Origin: Patellaria atrata CBS 101060 | Taxonomy: Eukaryota | Reading direction: 5' to 3' | NCBI GenBank assembly: GCA_010093705.1 | Contig: MU006096.1 | Span: 518,004 to 582,003, forward strand | Length of the DNA stretch: 64,000 nt | Shown here: in pieces, positions 1-12,622 of the stretch | How positions within the stretch are numbered: the first letter of the stretch is position 1 | Layout of the letters: each line of letters begins with the position of its first letter | Notes under the pieces: generated by a model | What the model was told of the DNA's origin: nothing | The model's database searches: none | Seen by the model: only the letters and a program-made list of their open reading frames with translations | Position numbers and translations under genes: made by a program

Positions 1-470
1 GTAGCGCAGTACTTCATGTGCCTCTGATGTGTACTCGATCTAGGTACTGTTAGGGGTCAAACAAGTTTTTAGCCAGTCTAGAGGCATTCGAGAAATATAA
101 TTCTATATTAACGAAATGGTTAGGATAGCAATAAGGTCAAAGACGCACGTGAATAGAACTTGGGCTTTCACGTCGCTACTTTAAACGCTGACTTACAATA
201 TCTCAGGGGTCAAGTATCCATTCAGATCACCAGAAGAAAGACAGTTTTCTGGACTTAACATAGAAGTAATCCTCTCTATCCATCTAGAATGCTGAGGTGA
301 CCAGTATTGATTGTAGGCAAATGCTGAGGCTGGTGAAGTGGAGTATGATGACAAGAATTAGCGGAGTGTCGGGCTAGAGCTCGGCAGTAGGAAATATCCG
401 TAAGCGGACTGTGTATGCTTTATACATAAGATTTTCGTCCACATTTTCTTTTGACATTTAATCGTAATTT

Positions 471-557
471 GCCCGCATGGCTTAGTGGTACAGCGTCTCA
501 CTCGTAGAAAGTCATCTCGGTATGAGAAGATCGGCGGTTCGATTCCGCCTGTGGGCA
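471..557 (+). tRNA. tRNA-Thr(CGU) with a 15-nt intron
   Basis: Acceptor stem GCCCGCA/TGTGGGC plus A73; D-arm with TAGTGG; anticodon stem TCTCA/TGAGA; anticodon CGT at 503-505; intron 507-521 at the canonical 37/38 position; T-arm GGCGG-TTCGATT-CCGCC; downstream T-runs fit a Pol III terminator. Confidence 0.95.
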
Positions 558-772
558 CGTGATCATTTTCTTTTGGCATTATTTTTGCAGTTTTTTTGTC
601 TAGATTTGTAAGATCCTCTGTAGCTTCGATAGATGTTGTCCTTTACCTATGATTTTGGCTCAAACTGAGGAGTTGCACGCGCACTATGGGGTGGCCGAGT
701 TTAAATCTAACTTTCCCCCTTTAGGATTAGCCTGCCTTGGCATACTCATATACTTCACTCGCCCGAGAACTT

Positions 773-926
773 CTATCCTTTAAAGGCCTGAAGATGCTAC
801 CAAAGGGCCAGAGAAGATAGGGAAAAGCAGGTAGCAAAATCATTGGAACACCAAAAAATAAACCTAGTTGAGTGGTCCACGATACTAACAAGCCCTTGGT
901 AACATCTTCAGGCTTTTAAAGGATAG
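773..926. repeat. ~35-bp inverted repeat around an ~83-bp spacer (MITE-like)
   Basis: 773-808 ctatcctttaaaggcctgaagatgctaccaaagggc matches the reverse complement of 892-926 (ctatcctttaaaagcctgaagatgttaccaagggc) with 2 substitutions and 1 indel. TA lies at both outer ends (774-775, 924-925). Confidence 0.7.
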
Positions 927-2475
927 GAAAATGTAGGATTCGGGCTTCGAAATCCAGCCTTTAGAATAAGAGGTTCGCCGAAATCAATTACGATTCCCCC
1001 ATCAATCACTTAGGGTTTATTCTACCTATCTTCCTAGTTACGCTACTTAGGGGCCTCGAGCCTACGCAATCTCATGGTGTCGAGTTCCTAGGTGTAAAAT
1101 ATATTCCCGACTTTAGGAATTTTAACATTAGGAATTTCAACTTCAGGATTTACACTGGACGTTCAACGAATTATGTATTATTTCCTAATCCAGCTACTTA
1201 GGATCGCGTTTTCTTTCCACCATAAGATACGCCATAGAGACCCTCTCTAATTTCGACTTCAGGAATTCGGACTATAGGGTGAGACGTTCAACGAGATTGA
1301 ATGCGAACATCTGAATATGCAACTAAAGTCTATCTAAGGACTACCTTATATAACTTCCATGGTCCGGAATTAATGAAGTGTGGATGTAAATTTACATCCT
1401 ATTGTACCTATTCAATACCATCCAGTCTAAGGTTTCCCATCTCAAACATAATGCTGATTCTATGGTTTGGTGGATTGAGTACGAGACACGGAGTTGAATA
1501 CTAGTACTTATTCGAGGAGATCATATATAGGTTCTGGATCAGGAATTAGCCAGTTGCTTTCTATATATCCCCAGAATGAGTTCACTTCCACATTTCCCCA
1601 TATTCCCAAAGCTCTTGAAACTGGTGCTGATGTGATGAGACCTGCTACTGTTTTCTACCCGGTCCCACTGGGTCTCTATTATACCCCATAGGAGCTTACA
1701 ACCAAGTGAACCAATACTTTAAGGGTTAGTCATATGGGCAAAACAGAACTTTGGTGTCTTGACCTATACTCATACCGAGGATATCCTATTTCCCAATCAT
1801 TTTGTACGCATATTGGTTTCTTTCGACTTAAAAGTACGTTCTAGTCAGAAGATGCCATTTAGCTCTCCTTTTTAGTCGTAGAAATCCTCCTTATTTTTGT
1901 AACATTGTCCAGTTAATATCTCTTATCCTAGTTGGCGCATATTGTGCAGTGCTATCTGTGATATACTCTGTTAGTCCCACTTGGATCCAGTCACGCCATG
2001 GGACCGTTTGCGAGAAGTCTGATCAAAGCTGTAGATAGACTTATCTCTCAAATGACTTGCTCCCATATTTCAAATGATATGTTCTCTCAAACGTCATGCT
2101 TCAATTTTTCAAACGACATTCTCCAACCTCTAAACATCATACCCCGATTCACAAACCGATTCCAGGACGAAGACTCACCGGGAACGCGTGCACAAGAGAA
2201 TGTGGGGGCTCTGGGTCTAGTATGATATCAAGGAGAACATTTATCAAACGAATCTCAGGGATACATGCATGAAGTGTACCTGTTTCAGTTAACTCATGTT
2301 CAAGACTCTGCCCCTCCCTTGGACTTCATTTCTTCTAATTACCTATCAATCTGAGATCGTCTCACTTCACCGCTTTGAGATCTAACCAGCGTCGCTAAGG
2401 CGCAACCCATATCTTCATGAGATCTCATTCAACGTTCGATCTCGTCAAGGTTTAGCCCTCAATACTTATTCTGCG

Positions 2476-3696
2476 ATGTTCACTCTTTGGCAACCCAATA
2501 TGGATGTGAATCATGATTCCACAGCTGATTCTCAACCTCCCCGAAAGAAAGTATGCCGCAACAAACCTAACACGCTAGTCAAATCCTTTGAAGATGCGGC
2601 GGAATCTATACGGACTCATATTGATAAGATGCACAAAGCGAAGGATCCGGCTCGAGAGCTCACGATTCTGAGGATCGTCTAAAGGAAGCGAAAACCGATT
2701 TTGCGACTCTCATAGCACCTTTGACGTCGCTTTTTGACGAGGTTTAACCTTTGCATCAAGGAGAATTAGGCATACCGAGAGAGATTCAGAAGCCTTTGTC
2801 AGAAATTGCCAATTCGCTTCACAAACTATATGGATCCAAAACTACCTCTCGTAAAATACTGTTCTTGGTATACAAATTAGCGAAATGGGACATCCCGCTC
2901 CATCCGAATTATCATAAGGATTTGAAAGAGACAATGGAGAAAAGTACATCTGGGAAGCGTCATTGAGAATTCATTTTCACTAACAGATTCTTTCGGAAAC
3001 TCGCCAGTATATCGAAAAGGAACAATCCCCGGATCACTCCTCAGCTATTATTCCAGATCCGTCTCTTAACCCGGCTCAATGTCCGACTACTATCTCCAAC
3101 GCCCAAGTCAACTCTACATATGAAATAAGAGAAATTCCAAGAACCTATAGCGGGAGCGCAAGACGAGTATTACTAACTCTCCAACGAAATCCGTCAATCT
3201 CTGGGGCTTATAGGAGTCTATAATATCAAAATTGAGGTTGCTCTCTGAGAAGAATGGGGATGGATTATGGGACGACGGAAAACAAGCTGGCATTCAAAAG
3301 ATAACAAGCATGTGAGTATCGTGCTTAGGAGCATAAGTGGCAGACGCAAAACGTACCGTCGGTATATAGACAGTAGACGATCATTTAGCGAAGAGTTACT
3401 CCATATGCACAAAGAAAAGAGTACTATAGATACTCTTGCTAGCATAGGAACAGATTTGTACCTTCACGGTGATACTGGGATGTTCTGTTGGGATGCTTAT
3501 TGACGAAGAAACGAGCACGAAGGGCAAGGATTCCTCTTGTCATTGCTTAGGATATACTCCTTTGAGTCTTGTTGCTTTGGCTGGTTCTACTGAGTCGATC
3601 GGGACTACTGACATGGCTGCTGGTGCCATGGATAAAGCACAATTGATGTATCTAAAGCAAAAGCATACTCTGGACTTTAGGCCTCAAGCTAGATAA
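2476..3696 (+). pseudogene. Possible decayed gene with ankyrin-like fragments
   Basis: A chain of short same-strand ORFs broken by stops and frameshifts. 3' pieces read GYTPLSLVALAGSTES...MAAGA and TIDTLASIGTDLY, resembling ankyrin repeats. No intact model could be built. Confidence 0.3.
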
Positions 3697-4295
3697 TAAT
3701 CCTCTACGAGAACTGGTTGATTTCTTCAAACCCCGTTCGCTTATGTCAGCTTCTCAGTCACAGAGTCGTTATTTTCGAACGTTCCATTGTTCACAGTATG
3801 ATTCACAAGAGGAGTAGTCGGTACTATTCCGGGCAAAAGTGCTGGAGGAAGAGGATATGTTGAGGCGATGTATACTCTGTCAGATTTGAGTACCGGTTTC
3901 CTTGTCGTGTCGTTTTCCTACTGTATATACACTCGACCCAGGAGCGGATTCGGACTACACCTGAAAGGAAAAGCGAATTCTATGAAGGAGCCCCTACAGT
4001 ACCGCGAGATTGACCGCACAGTGAATTGAAATTGACAATACACTGGAATCAACAGACTAATCGTAGTTACAGAGTATGCGTAAAGAGGGGGAAGGATGTC
4101 GACCGGGACACCGGAAGGAGCAGGTAAGAAGGTACTGTACTTACGACCATCCGGGATGGAGTTTGTGGACATATTATTGAAACAAGTAGGGTAGCGGAAG
4201 TAAGTCTAACAAGGCATCCAGCGCTCACATGCCAGCCAAAACTTTCAACGACCAGAAACGGGTTTGGTAATTCTAACACTTACTACTTGCTTCTG

Positions 4296-5281
4296 CTACC
4301 CCTTGACAACCTTGCTAACTTTGTATTCCACCGTGATCTTGCCGTCCTCAAAGATGAAACGGCCTGCAGCGACAAAAACCATGGTCTCGAGGGACTTAAA
4401 CTTAGAAGAACCGGTCTAACATCATAAGTATACTTTCAGCTTTGGAATGATGATACATACCTCAAATTGGAAAGTCACGACTATACATTTAATTTAGTGA
4501 GCGCGAGGATTAGACACCAGAACAGATCACATACAGGAGTCCCCCCAAGGAGTTGTTTCTGCATCCGATGAACCTGTGAGTACTTTGACTACTGCAGGAG
4601 TCAATACGACATTTCCCTGATAATACATGGCCAGAAGCTTTTACGATTAGTAAGAGAGAGATCCGTCAGAGTCTTAGAAAAGACAAGGTACATACTGCGC
4701 CGTCCTTGTCCCTATAGTAGATGGAATCAGCTTATATTGAACCACTGATCAGATAATATTCTTTACCTCAGTTGAGACCGAACATCAAGTCGCATATGTT
4801 CACCAGATGCATCGTTATGTATATAATCGTAACCGACACCATGTCTACCGATATCAACACACGTGAACGGCCTTGGTTAAATGAAAACGGGCGAGTAGAC
4901 GTACAATTCGGCTTCAATTGCAGGTTCAAACCCTGGCTCAGACTTGACTGTGCCTCCCACCATGGGCTGAAGTATATTTAGATTATAGCTCATAGAAAAT
5001 ACCTTACCCGAGTATTCGCAGCTGCATATATACTTTTACCATTGGAATGTAGCGAGATTTAACCTACCACAACAGACAACGGAGTCCCCTTGGATGCAGA
5101 ACCTTGATTCTTTCAGCTACAGCCGTCTAACGAGGTAATCATCTAAGTATTTGCTTACCAATTTGAAAGGGAGCATCGATCAAGACCTACAGCCGTGTCA
5201 AGTCTCGATATATGAAAGATTCGAAAAATCAAACCCTACCCTGACTGTAAAAGCCGGTTGAAGAGCAGGATAGTCTGTCAT
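4296..5281 (-). CDS. DUF3237 (UPF0311) family protein, ~167 aa, 9 exons
   Basis: Manual splicing across 8 GT-AG introns gives MTDYPALQPAFTVRVLIDAPFQIGSASKGTPLSVVPMVGGTVKSEPGFEPAIEAELHGVGYDYIHNDASGEHMRLDVRSQLRDKDGALLAMYYQGNVVLTPAVVKVLTGSSDAETTPWGDSFVTFQFETGSSKFKSLETMVFVAAGRFIFEDGKITVEYKVSKVVKG*. The motifs GGTV, GxDYI...RLD, FETG and FVxxGRF are typical of DUF3237. Confidence 0.88.
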
Positions 5282-6708
5282 CACGAAGGTTGTACAATCT
5301 TTCTATAATTCGATCTACCCCTGAAACTGGAAAATAGTGATACAATGCTTAAAGACAGATAGACGGACAAATAAGTATATACTGATATATATAGAGGATG
5401 CGGAACATTGAAGAATGTCGAAAATTGGGTCATGTCGTTGAGTGATTTCTCATCATCCCCGCCTCCAAATTCTACTTAGCCTCGAACCTTTTCCCCCTTT
5501 TCTCCGAACCTACATTATTAAGCCTCCCTCCGAAAACTGGGAAAGACCAACGCGTCTACTCCGCAATTCATACACCTCATCAGACGGAAGGGATTCGGTC
5601 AGGAACAGGCAAAGATGACTCTCTAGAACTGGTGCGGAAAAACGACTACGTTGCTCAACATTTATCGATGATTGTACTGCAACCGTCCCTGTAGTCCTTC
5701 CAGAAGCAGGGAAAGAAACATGCAGCTATAGTCTCACTATCGCTAGAAACAACATATTCTTCCCGTTAGCAGAAGAGCTACCTACTCATCCACGATCTTT
5801 TTAGACGTCCGGTCTTCAACTAGCATGCTCTAGGTTTCCTGCGCTCGTGGAATTTGCATCTTTCTGCATGGTTGGACTATTACTTCGTTCCTCTAGTCTT
5901 TACAACCCGTGGTTCCGCTCCCATAGTCATACCACTGATCGAGAGGGGATAAATGAAGAGAATAGAAGGAGAGAAGTAGGTGCCTTTACAGTACTTCTAA
6001 CTTAGCATGAACCGAAATATTCAGAATGACAACTGGAATCGGCAACTCATCCCAGCATACTGCGTTTTCAGGTAGGCTTTTCTTCGTATGATTTCAATAC
6101 TCTCACCAAGCATCTCGCTTGAAGGAATCAAACTTCCTAGATATTCCCCCTCCAAGACGTTATAATTCCTAGTCTCACCCTAGAGTTTCACGGAAGGGCC
6201 GAAAAGTGAATACGCTTCCAAATCCCTTGCTAGAAATGCCGGGACCAGGCCGTAGAGCCGATCAGGACGATCTGTCAGGGGAGTATCTGACCCCTTTCCG
6301 TGTCAGCGTCAACCTTTGCATCTCGAGGGAGGATTCAAAGCGTTGGATTAAAGTTTCGTCCAAGAGGGTTCTAAGCTCCCCCGGATCTCTAGCTGATTGA
6401 TACCCAATAGAACCGTATGATAGATTCCATGATCGCGGAAGCGAGTAATCGAGGTCCAGATCGCGGAAGCGTACTAGTCATGGTGACGATGGCGCGTTTT
6501 CTTCCGTTGATAATCTACCTTAGGTTTGAGTTTTGCTAACGTCGTGCCCAATCGTTCCTCATTCTTGACATTTAACACCTTAACTTCTCAGTCACAAATT
6601 TTGTTTCCCTATCTGATCTAAGGATCTTTTCTTTCCTTGTTCTTTTCCTCATTCCTTCGTATACTGCAATTCTTTCTTTTCAACCCGGTCCTCTACTACA
6701 GACCCGTT

Positions 6709-8216
6709 ATGGTGGAACAGCTTCAAGATGCCGCATTGGCAATAACCATTCTATTCCCTGCAATATCGACAATCTTTGTCATCTTGCGGCTATGGTCCAA
6801 GTTTGTTTTACGGCGTCTCCATTGGGGTGAGTGCCTTTACATTCCACCTCTACTCACCTTGTAAACCACGGGTGCGCTGTCTACCTACTTGTATCTTATT
6901 CCTGCAACTATTCAAGGGTTTTGTTAGCTGACATTCCAATCATAGATGATGCTCTCATTGTTTTGGCTTGGTTATTGATAATTGGGCAGACTGTATCTGT
7001 TTATAAAGGTACGGCTAGATTATTCCGTGTCATTGACCGCTCTCTCTATGCTCGGTTCCCTTTGATTAAACTTGAAATGTTGTATAAGAAGCTTCGAAGG
7101 AAAGGCTAACTTTGGATGGTACTCCGTACAGTCATAAAAGTCAGTTATATTGGCTACCATATCTATGATATTCCTCAGGTCGATCTACACCAGCTCACCG
7201 TTGGAAATATCTACAATTTCGCCAACCAGCTATTTTACTATCCGATTTTGTGCATCATCAAAGCCGCGGTCATCATTTTTCTCTTGCGTATCGGGGACAA
7301 CCGTCCAGCCGTCAAGATATCTTTGCAGGTTCTCTTTGCGGTCAATCTTATGATGCTCGTAGCTTTTTGGCTTACCGATTTATTACAATGTACACCACTA
7401 AAATATGTATGGGAATTTATAGAGATGGATATCGAAGCTCAGATAAAAGCAGGGGCAGATGAAAATGGAATGCTGAACGGGGAATTGGTAAAAGGGGGAA
7501 AGTGCATTGACCAAGTCGGCTTTTTCATTACCAGTGCTAGTCTTCACGTTGTGACGGACGTGATAGTACTGGTGATCCCTATGGCCATGGTGTGGCACTT
7601 GCGCATGGTGATGAAGAAGAAGGTCGCAGTCATCGTCATACTAAGTCTCGGTTGGGTGTAAGTTCCCCTCCGAGTTCCCCACACCAGGCAAGAGTATGAA
7701 AACTCACCATATCCCGATAACAGAGTGACCGGCGTCAGCATCGCCCGTCCCATAATCTTCAAGCGCGACCTCAACCCCAACCGCCCCGACCCAACCTACG
7801 GCGTCGGCATCACCATCTCCGGCATCGAAGTAAATCTCGCTCTCATCGCCGCCTGCGCTCCCGCCCTCAAAGCCCTCACCAAGCGTTTCGCGCCCAAGAT
7901 CTGGTCCAACTCCTCACAGACCCCAAATCCATACCAAACCGCCTACGGCAACGGCAATTCCATTCCTCTGCAGAGCGGACACGGCCAGGGTACGGTACAT
8001 CGGTACACGGGCCACCAAACGAGTCGCGCGGAGGGGGGTTACGTGAAGGGTAGGAAGACCACGGGGATGAATTTGGAGAATGATAGTCAGGAGGAGATTA
8101 TGATGGATCACGCGAAGAATGGGATTATGGTTAGGACCGAGATTGCCATGGACGAGACGGATGTTGCGGAGAGTCAGAAGAGTCGGGACAGTTTGAACAA
8201 TGCTAACAAGGTGTAG
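6709..8216 (+). CDS. PTH11-like (fungal rhodopsin-domain) integral membrane protein, no CFEM domain, 3 introns
   Basis: Spliced motifs FVILRLWSK...WDDALIVLAW, IIKAAVIIFLLRI, LQCTP...W, VVTDVIVLVIPMAMVWHLRM..KKKVAVIVILSLGW and IEVNLALIAACAPALK are hallmarks of PTH11-type GPCR-like proteins. Confidence 0.88.
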
Positions 8217-8623
8217 TTTGTGCATGATTGGAATGAGGGGGGATTTTTGTGGGATTTTGTATATATATTTCGTGTGTCTGGTTTAAGGGAGATCGTGCGC
8301 TGAATCATCAAAATTATAGATCCCCCCTCGAAAACGAAGAGGGTAGTTGCATTTGGTACAGACTTATACATCAAAAGAAAAGATTCAACTTTCAGCAAAG
8401 CTTAAATCGGTGATGGAAGGGTCCCACTCGGGTCCAAATGCACCACATCACAGAACACTAGTAGACCTTCACTATGATAGGTAATAAAATGATTTCATTT
8501 CACTTGTCTTATTTTTTACAATGACGGATCTGTGCCTTCTCACGAGAATACTTTGACGGCCCATTCTGCAGGAAATATATCAACACTTGATATAGTAAGC
8601 ATCAGACCCCATACTCCACCGCT

Positions 8624-9758
8624 CTACATAAAATCCCTACTCCCAAATCCTCCAAATGGATTTGGTGGTTGTCCTCCAATGCCCCCGGGACCACCCCTCG
8701 GTCCCATTCCCGGACCTACATGATCATACCTCGACCCAGGCGGTACTTGCGGATCATAACTGTCCTGGCCCCTTCTGCCGGCCAAATCATCGAATGTGGG
8801 ATGCATGCCTCCTCCTCCAGGACCTAGATACGGTCTCATTGGGTCATTTGGACCCAAACCAGGAGGGTAGAGATCCCGATCACCTATCCGTGGGAAGTTA
8901 CCTTGACCTAGAGAGCCTCGTGGTGGACGGTTGATTTCATGTTCGTCCTCGAAGCCTGGGGGTAGAAAGTCTCCCGCAGGGAAGGGGGGGCGGGGAGGGG
9001 CGGCTAGAGGGTCTTCAAAGGGATAGGGACGGGCGGGATGTGGTTCACGATCGTCTCTTAGCGGGTCGTAGTCCCGCGGACGCGATTCTGGATGATTGTC
9101 CCTTGCCCGTTCGGTAGGTGTCTCACGGCTTTCTTCGTATCCTGCCTTGTGGATTCCTGGCGCAAGCTTCTGTATTATGCTGGTTTGAAGCAATGACCCT
9201 AAATCCCCGAGACGTCCCGGGGAGATAAAGATGTCTTGGATGATCCTTTTCCAATCTTCTGACGAGCGCGTCTCTGATGTGGACAGGGATGATGATAAAG
9301 AGGATTCTGATATGAAGTCTTTGACGGTTACGTCGAATGATGCGATCTTATCATCTCCCAAACCTATTCCTTGTATAGCTGCTTTTCCACCTAACCTATT
9401 TATTTTTACTAAATATTCCATAGCGGACTGTGGGTGGGAATATCGGAACGCGTAAGAACTCGAAGAGTTCCACTCTGCGGGTAAGGGTAGTACTTCTTGC
9501 GAGCCTGAGGTTGTATCTACGGTATTGTTGTTAGAATTCGAAGTTGAACAGAACGCAGATTACTTTACCTATGCTATGATCTTCTCCAAGTCCTCTTAGC
9601 TTGAAATCTACCGCTGTCATAGCGGCGTGTATTGCGAGAGCAACTGCTTCATATGGTGTCTTAAGCGGAGATGCGCCATCCTTGGGCAGGCTAGCGGCCA
9701 TAGTACTAGTTAGAGAATCCACACTCAGCGGGTTACCCGCCCTGTTCGATGGAGCCAT
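8624..9758 (-). CDS. FUB1: Proteasome inhibitor PI31 homolog, 1 intron
   Basis: N-terminal FP-type domain (YEAVALAIHAAMTAVDFKLRGLGE; YAFRYSHPQSAMEYLVK) and a Pro/Gly-rich tail with IGDRDLYPPG, GGMHP, PPGSRYD and terminal DFM. Confidence 0.88.
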
Positions 9759-10818
9759 GATTAGGAGTTTAAAGAGAAGTATGAGGAGCGCCGTAAGAGG
9801 TTACGGAAAGTTGCTATGGGGAAAAGTCTAGAAGATGAGAGCTGAGTTGAATCCGAGTGTTCAAGTTGTAGAACTAAGTGTAAATGAAAAGGGAGACTTT
9901 AGGTTTCTGAAGAATTATAACTTAAAGATCCAAACAATGTAACTTAGATAGCGAAGCTGGGCTATGACGAAGGGATGAATGCCTGAAAGTGACAAGGATG
10001 AGGTGGCTGTGAGTGCGGGGTGTGGCTAAGCCCTCTGATCCATCAAGATAAGATAAAAGGCTTGGTGTATATCTCATACCTACTACATAATAATTCACCA
10101 ACCACTTTCTTTTTAATGGCCGATCGCTAATAGCTAATGGCTACCTTCATAGCTCATATATCCACTGATATTAAGACCTGGAACCAGTCAGTCGTCGTCC
10201 GAGCAGGGCGGTAAAATATTCATCCCGGATCTAGTTCTATGCATGTCCTGCGAACAAGAACGAGAGGAAGAATATCATCAGTATCTAGCAAAACCTCAAG
10301 AAGTATATCAATTTATGGTTACATATCGGTGTCTAGAAAGGATCAAGTATCAAAAACGGACCAGCTCAAATACGAGCTCCACTAGTTGGAACAAAAACAC
10401 CATACGAATCACCAACCGAACACACAAATATCTTGAGAATCAGCTGTTCTACCATAACTACAGTTCCATCAAGTCAGCCACCACTCAGACCACTCTTCTA
10501 GCAAGCCTTCAATCTGCAAACATTGCAGATAACCCCCGTTCCAGTCAAGCCATCAATTGCACAAGCACCCTCTTAGCAATTGACCAAAACATCACTAAAT
10601 AACGACCTATTCGAGCTAGCCAACCACATCTTCGAAATCCAAGTTCTAGCCAAAACGCTCAAACCCACCGTCAAATCCGTTAATATACACCAAGATCACT
10701 TCCGCAACGGTCTCTTCTAAGCGCACGTGTCTCCATGAACAAGGCCCTCGTCGTGGTTACCCTCAACAAGGACCACATATACCCCTCCATATTCTCACGT
10801 TAGGATCCACGTCGTGTC

Positions 10819-11817
10819 CTAGACCTGCAGCGTCAGCAAACCAGGGCGGTAAGGCAGCTTGCCGTAGTCACCGCCGGAGTTTGGCGCTCGCCCCTGATAG
10901 AGCAACTGTAGATTGCACGGGTCAATCGGCATTGTCTGATCGGCATTGGCGCGAAGGAGCTCGCCATGACTGATATCGTTGGTCCATGTAACGCCAGTGT
11001 TGGCCTTGCCGGCAAAAGGCCTGCTCTCACTTGTAGCCTGCGGTGTCCACGAACCGCCCAAACTGGTAGCCGTGTATGAGCGGAAGTACCGCCCGTTTGC
11101 TCCAATAGATTCTACAATCATAAGGTATATGTTCTGGCCTTGGACGCTGTAAACCTGGACTGCTTCGAACAGGTTGTTAGTGGTGTCGCTCATGATAATC
11201 GTCGACGATGAGCCGAAACTCGACGGGAAATTTCCAATGGGCATCGAGGCTCTGTAAATTTTGCCGTTGTCACCCGCGAAGAATAGCCACATGGTCGTGT
11301 TATCAGCGATCAGTGTTTGATCGATAGGACCGGTGCTGGAGCCAGAAATCGATCCGGAGAAAAGCGTCTGTGTCGATGACCATCCATTCGCATTGGTGGG
11401 ATCACTTGACGTACGGTAGGAGAACGAGGTTGGACCCCATTGAAAGGCGAGTACCCAAATGCTCTTCGGGGCGAAGTAGAAAAGTGTGGGCGCGACGGTG
11501 CCCGAATTCATCTTGTTCTGGCTTGCCGATGCCATGTCAGTCCAGTTGGTGAAGAGACCGAAGTTCATTGAGCCCCAGGCCGTTCCCGTGTCATGGGTCG
11601 TCGCATACACGAGATGCTGGCCGTTGTATGGGACGGCGGTGAAGTCCTTAAGGGAAACCCATCCCGATTTCGGGTTCGCCAGTGGACCTGTTGATGTCCA
11701 TCGGTACGTCGACGGAAGAGTGCACGTAGGGACTGTCTGCGCTACAGCGACTGCTGCCAAAGCTAGCAGCCCGGTGCTGGCTGACAGTACACTAATAGTG
11801 GTCTTTATAAGTCTCAT
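10819..11817 (-). CDS. axhA: Secreted GH62 alpha-L-arabinofuranosidase
   Basis: Signal peptide, then [56 protein letters not shown] and LLYQG motifs of GH62. Intronless; ATG at 11817. Confidence 0.95.
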   Translation of the reverse strand: MRLIKTTISVLSASTGLLALAAVAVAQTVPTCTLPSTYRWTSTGPLANPKSGWVSLKDFTAVPYNGQHLVYATTHDTGTAWGSMNFGLFTNWTDMASASQNKMNSGTVAPTLFYFAPKSIWVLAFQWGPTSFSYRTSSDPTNANGWSSTQTLFSGSISGSSTGPIDQTLIADNTTMWLFFAGDNGKIYRASMPIGNFPSSFGSSSTIIMSDTTNNLFEAVQVYSVQGQNIYLMIVESIGANGRYFRSYTATSLGGSWTPQATSESRPFAGKANTGVTWTNDISHGELLRANADQTMPIDPCNLQLLYQGRAPNSGGDYGKLPYRPGLLTLQV

Positions 11818-12007
11818 CGTAACAATTTCTTCTCGCAAGGATAGGTAGAAAAAGAACAAGAACAACTGAAGGATGGCTGAGATTGTGGACCATTGGGGTT
11901 AAAATACCTTCATACATGGCTCTACTGACACAATTACCCTGGATATCTCCCGTGCACACAGTGATCAACTGAAGAAGAATTGTATAGTATCATCTCCCAG
12001 GGGTGTC

Positions 12008-12047
12008 CCCCGCTTACTGTGCAGTTATAGTACGCTTTATGGCGGGG
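12008..12047. promoter_or_regulatory. Pair of oppositely oriented CreA/Cre1-type SYGGRG sites upstream of the GH62 gene
   Basis: CCCCGC at 12008-12013 and GCGGGG at 12042-12047, about 200 bp upstream of a hemicellulase ATG. Short motif, so a chance match is possible. Confidence 0.35.
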
Positions 12048-12622
12048 TATTTATCGTTCCGTATACTTATCCACCAATGATATTTAATTTCATCCATCAA
12101 TGTAAAAGGTAAATCAAACGGATATACGCTTCCGAATCGTTATTGGTAAACGGATCAGAATTTCTCCGTAATATGGAGAGCGCTTCTACCTAGGAGGGAG
12201 GAACCGAATACCCGTAATTATACGGAAGTAATAAAAATCAATATCTATACTAGGTATGTCATTAGCTTCTCAACTGTTAAAAATACTCCAGGGTGACTAA
12301 GCTTTGTTTTCTACACATTGTAAAGAAAGCAAGGAAAAGTCTGTTCCGTTAAGGTAATGGAATATTGAGAACCTCCCATTGATATTTCGATAAGCTTCAA
12401 GATCAAATGGAGATGAGGATAAATGTTCACATCAGTCATAAATCTGACCCTATCGCACTTGAACACTGCTGCAGTCCCACATTAAGATAATAAGGAAAAT
12501 TACGAGGAAATAAGAATGGAATTGGCTTCGGAAAAAAACAGGGGTATCGCCAAACGCCCTAGAAATGCTTAGATGAGGAAACATGCAAACGTGAAAGGCT
12601 GTGGAGAAGAAAGACCTTAGCT

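Noticed and set aside
1009..1017. TTAGGGTT as an alternative telomerase template on the minus strand
   Set aside because: No enclosing helix, pseudoknot or 3' processing signals were seen around it.
1110..1295. Degenerate short direct repeats (ttaggaattt; gacgttcaacga x2)
   Set aside because: Too short and irregular for an array, with no spacer structure or TE hallmark.
10243..10602. 119-aa ORF between FUB1 and the GH62 gene
   Set aside because: No recognisable motif or splice structure. Cannot be supported as a gene.
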